This document shows positions 1-11,425 of a stretch of DNA of 64,000 bases, piece by piece; the first letter of the stretch is position 1; every line of letters starts with the position of its first letter. The translations under genes and the position numbers were made by a program. The stretch lies in the NCBI RefSeq assembly GCF_001194135.2, contig NC_069001.1, forward strand, positions 18,899,401-18,963,400, given 5' to 3'. The notes below the pieces were generated by a model, which saw nothing but the letters and a program-made list of their open reading frames with translations, was not told where the DNA came from and searched no databases. The DNA comes from Octopus bimaculoides (Eukaryota).

Positions 1-597
1 GTCACTCAGTGAACCAAACAGCCAGTATCGAAGGTATCAGAAAAAAAACGTCAGCAACAGGGAAACAGAAAACCATACTTCTGTTAGTAAATGATGAAAT
101 TACTTACATCAGTAAATGTGAACTTGTTAGCGATTGAAAACGTAAACTTTTATTTTCGAACAGTAACGGCTGTAGTTATGCCGTTAAAGTGATGTTGAAT
201 CGAAATTTGTCACTCAGTGAACCAAACAGCCAGTATCGAAGGTATCAGAAAAAAAACGTCAGCAACAGGGAAACAGAAAACCATACTTCTGTTAGTAAAT
301 GATGAAATTACTTACATCAGTAAATGTGATTAAACTTTTAGTGCGAACAGTAACGATTGAAGTTAAAGTGAAGAAAAAACTATGGCTACCGGAAGTTGAC
401 ATTGAGGAACCTTTTTAAAGAAGTGAATCTTAAATATAAAGCAATATTATTTATCTTAATAAAAAAAATCAAATGAAGAGCCTAAGATTTATCCGAGGTC
501 AAATGATTCATGCATCACAAGTATGGAAGTAAATGTTGAAGCCGTTTTCACGTGATAAGCGATTACACACGCATCTCTGTTTTATATATAGTATAGA
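1..597 (-). mobile_element. Non-autonomous Helitron-like element, 5' end at about 597, with an internal 208-bp-period duplication
   Basis: Minus strand reads A^TCTATACTATATATAAAACAG, a typical Helitron 5' start. Bases 1-121 are repeated at 209-329. Confidence 0.45.
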
Positions 598-644
598 TAA
601 TACACACAAACACACATACATGTATGTATATGTGTTTATTCATA

Positions 645-1290
645 TCTATTATATAAAAGTCAATGTCTTTATGTGTGTTCGTGTGTTACTTATACATTCG
701 AAAACTAATGCACCGATCCTAATGAAATTTGGAACACAAAATCCAAGCTTACAGAGAAGAGTAATGCTGTGTGCTTCATACAATTTTAAGGACCATAATT
801 ACTCAATGTATCCTTATGATATTTGGAACTTAGATTCAATGCATAAGAGCAGGTATAATGCAGTATGTTTGGTTTGAATTTGAGATGGCTTAAAGGGGAC
901 AGAACCCCCATGAAAATTCATAAATTTTTGATAAAATTTCAACCATGGGTAATTGACACACATCAAGATGTATTCTCAAACTTTCCACTTCTCATGAGGA
1001 TTCTAAGACCTCCTAATGGGGGCCTTAACTCCCAAATTTTAGTCATATTGTATGATCCAAAACTAGGTCAAAAGTACTGAATGGATCTTTATGAAATTTG
1101 GTAATTATATTATATGTATAAGGGCCATAACCCCCATTAAAATTCATATATTTTTGCTGTTGATGAAATTTTAACCATACATATTAGACACAAGTGAAGT
1201 AATATTTCTAAAATTTCATCTTCTTAGAAGTTAGAAAGACCTCTTCATAGGGACTTAACACCCACAATTCAGTCATTTTATCTAAGCAAA
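645..1290 (+). mobile_element. Helitron/HINE-like non-autonomous element
   Basis: Starts A^TCTATTATATAAAAG, followed by a GT-rich tract and recurring ATGAAATTT motifs (accgatcctaatgaaatttgg), as in DINE/HINE-type elements. Confidence 0.4.
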
Positions 1291-1375
1291 ATAAATATTT
1301 TCCTGTATCTGTGAGTGGTTGGAAAGTGTTTGTCTCGCAGTGACACTTTCCAGCTACTCACAGGAAAATATTTAA

Positions 1376-2160
1376 TAGGCATGCTGTGAAATTATTACAT
1401 ATACGTGGCCAATACCAAGAACCTGAATCCAGTTGCAACCCAGGATCCTATCCACTTGATTAATGATGTATGACTAAATCTATCATATATGAGGCAGAAA
1501 TAACTGCAACCCTAAATAATAATAAAACTGATAAGAAGGCCTATATCGGATTATGTGAAGGAGAATTTAAAAATCACTATGCCAATCACATAGCCTCCTT
1601 CCAATATAGAGACAAAAGTAAAGCTACTAAGTTGGCTAGCTATGTATGGAGTTTGAAAGATAATAAAACACTGCATGAGATTAAATGAAAAGTAACTTAG
1701 AAATTCATACCTTATGTGAATGGATCAAATAAATATAGACTTTGTTTGGCTGAAAGAGCACAGATCCTGTTCAGATCTAAGATCCCCAACTCTCTATTGA
1801 ACTCCAGGTCAGAAATTTTCAATGGTTGCATGCATATGTATAAATATATTCAGGAGAATTGGAAAATTCTGTCTATTCCTGACTGACTTGATATCTTTCC
1901 AGCCTTATCATTTAAGGCCTAAGGGGGATAGCTCTTTCACGTTTTACTTTCTACTTTTTAGTTTTGACATTTTAGTTTCTGTTTTTCGTTTTCCATTGTT
2001 TATTGTCTGGGTTTTCTATATGCTGCCTTCTCAGTTTTTTTTTGTGTTTCTTCTATTATTCATTTTCTTTAGTTCGTTATGATATGTGGTTTGTGCCTGA
2101 AGAATATGCTTGAGTTTTCTCAGCATATGAAACTATTAGTAGCACTTTAACACATGTATT
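1376..2160 (+). mobile_element. Penelope-like retroelement 3' fragment: GIY-YIG endonuclease pseudogene plus 3' region with a hammerhead motif
   Basis: Translation SIIYEAEI...YIGLCEGEFKNHYANHIASF...LASYVWSLK...IK*KV...LCLAER...LLNSRSEIFNGCMH (about 1440-1886, in-frame stops) fits the PLE GIY-YIG C-terminus. Confidence 0.8.
2093..2145 (+). ncRNA. Minimal type I hammerhead ribozyme motif with intact core
   Basis: GUGC-CUGAAGA-[AUAUGC(U)UGAG-UUUU-CUCAGCAUAU]-GAAAC-UAUUA-GUA^GCAC. Predicted cleavage after 2141. Confidence 0.8.
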
Positions 2161-2902
2161 GTGACCTTTAAATAAATAATATATATATATTTATAAATGA
2201 TCGTGCACACACACACACACACTTCTCTTGAAGTCGTTAATTGTTAATTGCTTGTTACCTAGGTGAATAATTAGCAATGGAAGAGAGTACTGTGAAAGTA
2301 TAGTAGTCAGAGTAAGAAGAGCTGAGTGGTAAAGTTGAGTAAGTTGTTACCTGTGTTGGCAACAAAAAGATTCTGTTCCTAAGTGTAAGAGAGAAAGAGA
2401 GAAGTTATATGATGTATGTGTATGTGGAGTGTGATGTCACATGGTTGTGAAACATGGACACTGACTGTGGAAAGGGTGGAAAGAACTGAGACAAGGCATG
2501 CTCCACTAGAGGTGTAACTGTACATGTGTGCATGAATGAAATGGGTTGAGAGAGAAACTAGATCTAAGAGGACACAGATGTTGTGGGTAAGAGAGAGAGG
2601 AGGCTGAACTGGTAGAGAGATGTGGTGTGTTGGGAGGATAAGAAGAGGATAAAAAGGGAGCTAGGGAGAGGGAACTTGTGGGAAGATAAGGGAAGGTACT
2701 GGTGGTAGTAGTGATGGTTGCATTTTCAAGAGGCTGATCCTCAGGACAGATGACAAAGGACAACATTAAGTGGTGAGACACTGGACTAGAGGAAACCAGT
2801 TAAACCCATGAAAATATGGGAAAACAAGCTTATGATAATGATGAGATATAGATATATATATATATATAGATAGATAGATAAATATATAGACATATATATA
2901 TA

Positions 2903-3044
2903 CTTTATCAAAAAGCAGCAAAAATATCACAAAAACTTACTCAGAGTTTCATGTTCTCATTCATTTGACAAAACTGTCTAACGAACGGCAATGTGAAACT
3001 CAGAGTAACAATTTTTGTGATATTTTTGCTACTTTTTAATAAAG
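2903..3044. repeat. 142-bp imperfect palindrome carrying two divergent degenerate hammerhead motifs
   Basis: Arms of about 52 bp (2903-2955 and 2990-3044). Plus-strand core CUAACGA...GAAAC-UCAGA-GUA; minus-strand core CAAAUGA...GAAAC-UCUGA-GUA. Confidence 0.7.
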
Positions 3045-3121
3045 CATGTTACTCTACTTCTCGTATCCGAGTCCTATTTTTTCCACCTTGTTTCACATTT
3101 ATGTGCTTTCTCTGGTATATA

Positions 3122-3172
<51 letters not shown>

Positions 3173-4127
3173 AAGAGAGGGGAGGGAGAGAGACTGTGCT
3201 TCTTGTTAATATGCTTATTTCTCAACTAATTTTTGATAATCATCATCACTACCACCATCATCCTCCTCATCATCTATATAATTATCACCCTGTTCTTCTT
3301 TATCACCCAAATCTGTTGTTTCTGGTACATTTAATTATTATTTGTTGTAAAAGCCAGAATCTATCTGCCAGTTGCAAGAAGTAGGAAAGTGCTAAAAGGT
3401 ATTTGCCATAGTAAGCCAATCATAATTTTGGTTGTTTTCAAGCTAAACTACCATCACACTCTCCATCTGGAGTCTCACATCAGAGTAGCCTTGTTGAAAT
3501 GCAGGAACTCTTTGCAAAAACCTCTCACAAGCCTAACATCTTTCTTTTAAGTACCACTTATATGAAACAATGTTAGATCACGAACAAGTCCATCAACAGA
3601 ATGGATGGCCATTATAATTACTGAGAATACAAAGTCTTAATGAGTCAATAATCAATATAAGTCAGCAGAGATTCTAAGGTTTTAGTAATACCATTTCTCT
3701 TTGTGTAACTTACTCTTTTAGATACTACTCTCCACTGTGCCACCATTTTCCAGTCCCTTCAAGATACCAGGGACCAACAATCCTAATAAGACCAGTTCTA
3801 CTGATTGACTTATCTGTAAGGGTTGTTTATGGCAGTTCCTAGTTGTTATTGTGACGTCTTCAAACATTCCAAGATATCAAAACACAACAAGGAACATGTA
3901 GGTAGAGCAATGGCTTGAAATACCATGTCACACCTTCTTCCCAGCTTTGAATCCATGTGGCCTTCTACATTTGCAGTAACAGCATCAAACAACATATTAA
4001 TGTGTGTAGGTGTATGTGTATGTGTGTACATATATGTGGGAGATAGTGACTATAGTGCACGTCTGTGTGTGCGTATAAACATGTGTGTTTGTATATATGG
4101 AATGGTTAGTAACTCTACACGTGTGTT

Positions 4128-4169
<42 letters not shown>

Positions 4170-4296
4170 TATATAAGGGCAAAAGAAGAAATTTTCTTTG
4201 CCAATATGCTGAAAATAGATACTACATTAAATATTTTCACTATTATTATTTCACAAATGTTGAAGCAAGCTAACAGAAATTCGTAAAAATTTAGCT

Positions 4297-4358
4297 ACTC
4301 CTGTATCAGTCTGATTTCTGGATTAATCCAAAAGGATTTTTCCTTCATCAGCGAGGAA
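4297..4358 (-). ncRNA. Type I hammerhead-like motif, copy 1
   Basis: CUGAUGA (4351-4345); helix II A-GGA-AA-AAUCC-UUUU-GGAUU-AA-UCC-A; GAAA; palindromic helix III AUCAG-A-CUGAU; AUA^ triplet. Predicted cut at 4304/4303. Confidence 0.65.
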
Positions 4359-4752
4359 CACAATGAAAATAAATGAAATACTTACATATACCCATGGAAA
4401 AACAGACGCAATGTCATGAATACATATAAATACCCTAAATATATCCAAATAGAAATTCCGTAGCAAGTCTCGACACACATGTAAATGGTCAGGAATAGTA
4501 AGTGGTTAACTTGTCCCAAAGTGAATGGGAATTAATTTACTTCTAATATTAGGATTATTTATTTTTTTAATTTTATCTGTGGCCAGCATATGAAAAGATA
4601 CCTTTTAAGATGAAATTATAAACACAATTATAAATAAAGGCAAAAGAAAAACATTTTCTTTGCTAATATACTGAAAATAGACGCTAAATCATCGAACTTC
4701 ATTAAATATTTTCACTATTATTATTACACATGTCAGAGTAAGCTAACAGAAA

Positions 4753-4814
4753 TTCCCTGTATTGGTCTGATTTCTGGATTAATCCAAAAGGATTTTTCCT
4801 TCATCAGCATGGGA
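4753..4814 (-). ncRNA. Type I hammerhead-like motif, copy 2 (helix III mutated)
   Basis: Same core and helix II as copy 1. Helix III AUCAG-A-CCAAU has two mismatches. Predicted cut at 4760/4759. Confidence 0.55.
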
Positions 4815-5579
4815 CGTAATGAAAATAAATGAAATACTTAAACATACCCACAGAAAAGCAGACGTGTGTAATAAAAATAGTGAAAATATTTAATGCGGTT
4901 AGACGATTTAGCATCTATTTTCAGCATATTGGCAAAGAAAATTTTTTTCCTTTGCCTTTATTTATAATTGTGTTTATAATTTCACCTTAAAAGGTATTTT
5001 TTCATATGCTGGCCACTGATAAAATAAAAAAAAAAAAATTATCCTTATATTAGAAATATATATATAGGAGTGTGTATGTATGTGGTTAATGACTATAGTG
5101 TGTATGTTAGTAGTGTGTGTGCATTCGCATTGACACACATGTGAGTCAGTGTGTTTACATCTCCACTTAATAAACAATGTTGTTTAAATAACAGAGCAGT
5201 CTGCCAACTGTTAAATTACATTTGGGAATAACGGACTCACAAATCAACAGCCTCCCAACAGTAGGATGAGGAGAGGTACATGTATAATTAACAAATATAT
5301 GTATGTGTATACAGACATGGCTGTGTGGTTAAAAAAGTTCATTTTGTGACTGTAGTTCTAAGTGAGATATTAGTGTGTAACATCTTAACCAAGTTTTAGA
5401 TTAATCAATATTTTGTGAGGGGAATTTAGGGGAGAATCACTGTGGAGGCATGTCATTTGAGTGCATTATGTGTGTTTCTGCTATTACAAATATCATATTG
5501 TGTGTGTCTGTATATATATATATATATATATTTATATATGATCAACTGAATAATAACAAATGATGGATAATTGTCAGCT

Positions 5580-6493
5580 CATTACAGCTGTTTCTTACGC
5601 ATTAAAAATTTTTTTTGTTAGATGAATGAGAAAATAACTTCATTACAAAATCTTGTAATCATCAGATGAAACATAATTTTACAAACAAAACAATATCCCA
5701 AGAAGACGGCATCCCTTTAAATAAATGGAGTTGCATGAAACGATTGTATTGCATTAACTTTGGATATCCTTCTTGCTTATTTTGAATAATTGGAAAAGTC
5801 AGCAAATTGGGTCAATGGGTTCCTCACAAAATTTCTGAGTCTAATTGCGTGCAGAGAGTGAATGTTTGCTCTTCTTTGCTATCATGTCTCACAAACGAAT
5901 CTTTTTTGGACTGAATAGTGACTGGTGATGAGAAACGGTTTCTCTATAAAAATGTTAAGCACCGAAGACGGTGGGTAGGGAAAGGCAAAACACTAGCACC
6001 CTATGCTAAAGAAGATCTTCACTCACGTAAGCTTTTGTTATCTGTTTGGTGAGATATGAAAGGTTTAGTCCACTTTGAACTTTTAAACACAAATCAAATG
6101 ATAACAAAGGAAATCTACCGTGAGCAGCTTGAGCAGCTTAAGTCAGGGCTAGAAGAAAAACAACCATCTTTGGTTTCAAGATGAAAGATGTTCTTCCATC
6201 AGGATAATGCTCGGCCACATACAGTGAGGATGACATTCCAAAGGCTGGGGCAGTTTGAATGAGAAATGATACACCACTCACCATATTCACTGGACATTGC
6301 CCCATTTGATTATCATTTATTCCGCAGTCTTCAAAGTTATTTAAATGGAAAAAATATGAATTCTGTAGACAAGGTCAGAAAAAAATACTGAAGGAGTATT
6401 TTTAATCATGGACAAGTGAATTTTGGAAGAGGGCTCTTGGAAATCTACCTGATAGATGGAAGAGCATTGTAGAAAATGAAGGAGAGTATATTT
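5580..6493 (+). mobile_element. Mariner (DD34D) transposase pseudogene
   Basis: WVPHK...IVTGDEKR...FHQDNARPH...HSPYSLDIAPFDYHLF with stops; runs into an N-gap. Confidence 0.9.
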
Positions 6494-6765
6494 NNNNNNN
6501 NNNNNNNNNNNNNNNNNNNNNNNNNNNNNNNNNNNNNNNNNNNNNNNNNNNNNNNNNNNNNNNNNNNNNNNNNNNNNNNNNNNNNNNNNNNNNCAAAATA
6601 AGCAACAGGATATCAAGTAGTGATGCAGTACAACCGTTTCAAGCGGTTCCATTTAATTGAACAATGCAATCATTGCATCAATATATGTATGCATATATAT
6701 TTGTGTGTATGTGTGTGTGTGCGTGCACATGTATATGTATATGTGTGTATGTATATTTGTATGTA

Positions 6766-7893
6766 TCAGTTCATTAAGAATGAAATGTCCAATTTTGAAC
6801 TAAAAGTTTATTTTACTTTATCTCAACAAAAAGCAATGCAGTTAATCAAAATATGCACCTAAATTTTCAACCTAATTTTGCCATTTTATCAAAAGCTGAT
6901 TTATGCCAGCAGTGAAGAATTCTGGAGAGTAAGAGGTGATGAAATCACAATTGGCTGTTTTTGCATCTTCTTTAGGTTTGAAGTTTTTTCGTTGTAAAAA
7001 GTTTTCTCATACCTGGAAAATGTGATAGTCAGTTGGTGAATATTGTGGATGACAGAGTACTTCCAAGTTCAGTTTCTGTAACTTGAGTAGCGTTCTTTGT
7101 GCAACATGTGTTTGAGCATTGTCTTGCCAAAGAACTGGCCTGTCTCTATTGACCAATCTCAGTTGTTTAATTGCAACTTCACTCATCATTTCATCCAATT
7201 GACTTACCAGGTCTCATGAAGCTGTAGTGGATGACACCAGCATTGGACCACCGAACAGACACCATTAGCTCTTTTTGGTGAATATTTGTTTTGGATTGTG
7301 TTTTGGCTGTTTGTCTCTATCCAGCCACCATGCAGAACGTTTGCCATTTTGAAAAGAATCCATTTTTCATCACACATAACAATACAATGCAAAAATGGTC
7401 GGCTTTTATGCCGTGAGAGCAACAAACAGCAAGTTTCAAGATGACATGTCATTTGATGGTTGTTCATGTGGTACCCACTTGTCTAGCTTCTTTACCTTGC
7501 CAATTTGTTTCAGATGGTCCAGTATAGTTGGAATTGAAATATCAAAGAGTAAAGTCACTAGAACTTCTCAAACCATCAATGTACAGTACACTCATTTGCT
7601 ACATCTTCACCAAACATCTCATTGATGTTTCGAGCTGTCTGAGATGCATTGGGTCCACAATGGAACTCATATTCATAAAAAAACATGAATTTTTTACCTA
7701 TCCGTGGATTCACAAAAATTGATTTACAAGAGAAAACTCACAATATAGTCAGACATCATGAATTGCATTTCAAAAAGTGATGATGTAACTCTTCAGTGTT
7801 GTTAAACAAAGAATTGTCAGGATAAACATTAGAGTTAACGACTATCAAACTTTTGGCATAAGAAAATCGGACATTTCATTCTTAATGACCTGA
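6766..7893 (-). mobile_element. Mariner element with both TIRs and TA target duplication, decayed transposase
   Basis: About 31-bp TIRs (TCAG[G/T]TCATTAAGAATGAAATGTCC[G/A]ATTTT) flanked by TA. CDEKWILF, WQDNAQTH and HPQYSPTDYH motifs. Confidence 0.9.
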
Positions 7894-8179
7894 TATGTAT
7901 ATGTGTGTGTATGCATTTATATATATAGTTGCTATTATGCAAAAGTATCATAAGTCTAAAACGTTGCTTTTTCAGAAAGTGAGAAAATAGTTTCACCATT
8001 CCATAGCAAAACCGTTGTGCTACACTTTGACAATTTTTGATATCTTGGCATCTGAAGCAGTTGGAGATATGATAGTTTGACCAAAAGAACTGGCTATTGC
8101 AAGCAAAAAATAAATATTGTAAAAAGTGCATTTGGCCATATTTGGAGATACGACAGTTTAACATAATAACAATGATATG

Positions 8180-8400
8180 TCTCCAGGGTCCTGTATCCTC
8201 TGAAAATCTTTGGTATTGTCTGCATAGCTAGCAAGGATGGCTACTTGAGCAGCTGAGGGCATATCAGAGAGGGCCATTATGAACAGAAATGGACCCAGGA
8301 CATTGCCCTGTGGAACACCACTCATTATTTGTGTTTAGTTGGAGGTGGCCCCATTGACTACCACTACTTGACTCTTGTGGACATATCTCACCATTTTTGG
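8180..8400 (-). mobile_element. CR1/L2-like LINE reverse transcriptase fragment
   Basis: SGVPQGNVLGPFLF...ILASYADNTK (RT motifs). Confidence 0.75.
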
Positions 8401-9061
8401 ACAGATTAGTGATTGGTGATGTAAAATGGATATTTTATGAAAATGTTTAGTGACACAAGTAATGGCTTAGTTATGGAGAACAGGCTAAACCACAACCCAA
8501 AAAGGCCCTCCATCCAAAAATAGTTTTTCTTTGTTTGGTGGGATTGCATTGGAGTGATCCACTTTGAGCTGCTACCAACTAATGCAACAATTACTGTGCA
8601 CACCTTTGCCAATAATTATAGCATTTGGATGTTACTTTGAAGAAAAATTGCCTGCTTTGGTGAATTGTAAGGGCATGGTGTTTCATCATGATAATTCAAA
8701 GCCCCCACTCTGCAAAGATTACATCAGAAAAAAATCATATGACTTGGCTGAGGAAAAAATCCCTCACCCACCTTATTCCCCAGACCCAGTTCCTTCTGAT
8801 TACTATTTGTTTCAAAGCTTACAGAATCATTTAGTTGGATTAGTACGCAAAAGCCCCAAAAAGGTCAAAACTGACCTCTCTTCTCATCAAAACCAAAAGA
8901 ATTTTTCACCAATGGGATTAAAAAAACTGATGAGTAGATGGAAGGAAGTCATCGATAATGATGGGAATTATATACAAGATTAAAATTTTAATAAAAAGTA
9001 AAATTATATCACTTTTTTTCCTTACTCCAAATTCGGACATTATTTACAGGATGACCTGATA
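8400..9061 (+). mobile_element. Mariner 3' half with right TIR
   Basis: FHHDNSKP...PHPPYSPDPVPSDYYLFQSLQNHL...RWKEVIDNDGNYIQD; ends GGATGACCTGA-TA. Confidence 0.9.
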
Positions 9062-9114
9062 TATGTATATGTAAGCAGTTGCTCATTATAGAAAGATTAA
9101 CCTAACATGTATAT

Positions 9115-9440
9115 AGGTATGAGTGTGTCTGTGTAGGAAGAAGCTTTCTTCTCAACCACAAGGTTCTGGGTTCAGTCCCACTACATGGCACCTTGGGCAA
9201 GTGTCTTCTACTATACTCTTGGGCCAACCAAAGTCATGTGAGTGGATTTGGTATACGGAAACTGAAAGAAGCCCATCCTATATATGTGTGTGTGCACTGT
9301 TTTGTGTCTGTTTGTATGCCATCACTGCTTGACAACCTGCAGTTTGATGGTTCTGCAAAAGAAGCCAATGGAATAAGTACTGGGGTCAATTTGTTCAACT
9401 AAACCCTTCAAAGTGTTGCCCCAGCATGGCCAGCTTACCA
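9115..9440 (+). mobile_element. tRNA-derived SINE, family A (octopus-type)
   Basis: B-box-like GGTTCAGTCCC, CACCTTGGGCAAGTGTCTTCTA core; matches at least 10 other copies in the window. Confidence 0.8.
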
Positions 9441-9539
9441 ATAATGATAATAATAATAATAAAGTACCAGTCAAATATTGGGGTCATTTTAAATGACCAC
9501 TCCTTCACCCTGAAATAAATGATCTTGTGTGTATGTTAG

Positions 9540-10410
9540 AAATGATTAATAGGCAGTGGAGTGGCAGAATCAGTAGAGCGTTGGACAAAAATTTTGTGAC
9601 AGTTCTTCTGACTCTTTGCAGTTTGTGTTCCACTCCTTTGGGAGTCAATAAAACAAAGTACCAATCAAGTACTATGATTGATAGTAACATCTAGTCCCAT
9701 CCCCTCAAGATTTCTAGCTTTGTGTCAAAATTAGAAGCAATTATTATTTATTATCAGGCAGCGAGCTAGCAGAATCATTACTGCACTGAACAAAATGCTT
9801 AGCAGTTTTCCATGTCTTTATGTTCTAAATTCAGTTGCCACCAGGGTCGACTTTGCCTTTCATCCTTTCAGGGTTGATAAATTAAGTACCAGTCAAGTAC
9901 TGGGGGTCAATGTGATCAACTTTTCCCTCCTTTGTACCTATAGTAGAAAGGATTTTTGTCATTGTTGTTGTTAGGGCAGTTGGTTGGTAAAATGTTGGAC
10001 CAAATACACTGCAGTTGTTGGTTACATTTTTTTTAGTTCAAATCTTACAAGAATTGATTTTCATGTCTCATTCTTTCTGGTGATGGGGAATTAAAAAAAG
10101 GGCCAGTGAAGGATGTTAACAAGAGTCCCTTTTCCCAATGAGTTTTTGTCTTTTGACTTTGAGCTGATACTATCATCGTCATTATTGTTGTTTCGTTGTT
10201 GTTGTTGTTGTTGTTGTTGAAGTGGTGAGCTGGTAGCTTTGTTAGCACATAAAACAAAAGGCTCTTTATGTTCTGCATTGAAGTCTTGCCAAGGTCAATT
10301 TTGCCTTTCATTCTTTCAGAGTCATTAACATAAAATACCAGTTATGTAATAAGGGCCAGTTTATTCAACTAAACACTTACTAACCCAAGTTTGTAGATTT
10401 GTGCCTCTAT
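9540..10410 (+). mobile_element. Cluster of family B SINE copies separated by (ATT)n/(GTT)n tails
   Basis: Recurring GGCAG...AGAATC head and GACTTTGCCTTTCATCCTTT...GATAAA...GTACCAG body; similar copies near 53930, 62000 and 63000. Confidence 0.65.
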
Positions 10411-11221
10411 TAGAAATTGCTATTGTTATTATTTGGAGATTTAGGCGAAATTTCTTGTTTTTGTAGATGTTGTGTATAATTTCCTCCAAGATTTCCTGAT
10501 TACACTCACACACATAAACACATACTCACATACACACACATGCACAGGTATACATCCACATACATACAAAACCATGCATACATTCGCTCTTACACACTCA
10601 GGTAAAAAAAAATGTCAATCGATCACTGATTGTATGAGTTTTTTAATGAGATGGCTTCAAGCCATTTGACAATTATCTAGAGGGTGTATGTATTTCTCTG
10701 TGTGTGTATGATGTACTTACATAACAAGGCACATGTGCATGCATGTGTGCCATACTGTAAAAGTGTTTACAAACATCTGTCCATATTCAAAGAGAAGTAG
10801 GCATGGATAGTTGAGTGAATAGGGATACCGACCAATTTGTCACTACTACAACATGATAGAAAAGGCCTTTAAATCTCCCTTAACTGAAAAGACTTCTACC
10901 TTTGACATGCTTTTAGCTCTTCTGTTGGAAGTAGAGCTCAGCTGAAGCATTTGCCAAACCTTTGCAGTTGGAATTACCAACCACTTTCTAGAAATGGTTG
11001 AGGTAGATAAAAAGGAGGTTGTTATCTGGCTGTAGGGACAGCAGTAACATTCATCAGGTATTACTGTCAAAGTAGCACCATTGAATATCTAGAGATCTTC
11101 TGTGGCCAGAACTCTATTCTCAGAATCTAACTTCAAGACTTTACATGAGATGGAAGACATTGCTGTTATCTTTCTTTCCTTCTTGCTGCTTCATGCTTAG
11201 GTTTCAAGTTTGAATGTTTAA

Positions 11222-11425
11222 TCCTTTGGCATTCAGATTACTCTTCAGATTACATAGTATTTATAATGTTTATTTATTTACATTGTTTTGAATTAGCCAT
11301 ACATTATCTTGTAGATTTGAGATTTCGATGAACTGATTGTTTATTTTTAGAATGACTTTGTAGGGTAGATGAAAGAGGCCAGATCTGGCCAGTTTGAACA
11401 TAAAATGGGTAAAATATCTGGGCCT
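11222..11425. mobile_element. Truncated copy of the piggyBac-type MITE at 46342
   Basis: Starts after TTAA and shares the internal sequence (cattatcttgtag...tttagaatgac...cagatctggc...tttgaacataaaa) with 46342-46557. Confidence 0.6.

Larger units (their letters stand above)
4173..5055 (-). mobile_element. Tandem 456-bp-period repeat with hammerhead motifs and an inverted terminal segment (PLE terminal-repeat or retrozyme-like)
   Basis: 4173-4408 resembles 4632-4864, and 4541-4730 is inverted at 4865-5055. Each unit carries CUGAUGA...GAAA on the minus strand. Confidence 0.7.

Noticed and set aside
5635-5672. Minus-strand CUGAUGA followed by a 6-bp hairpin
   Set aside because: Followed by UGAAG rather than GAAA, with no helix I; a chance match in a mariner leader.
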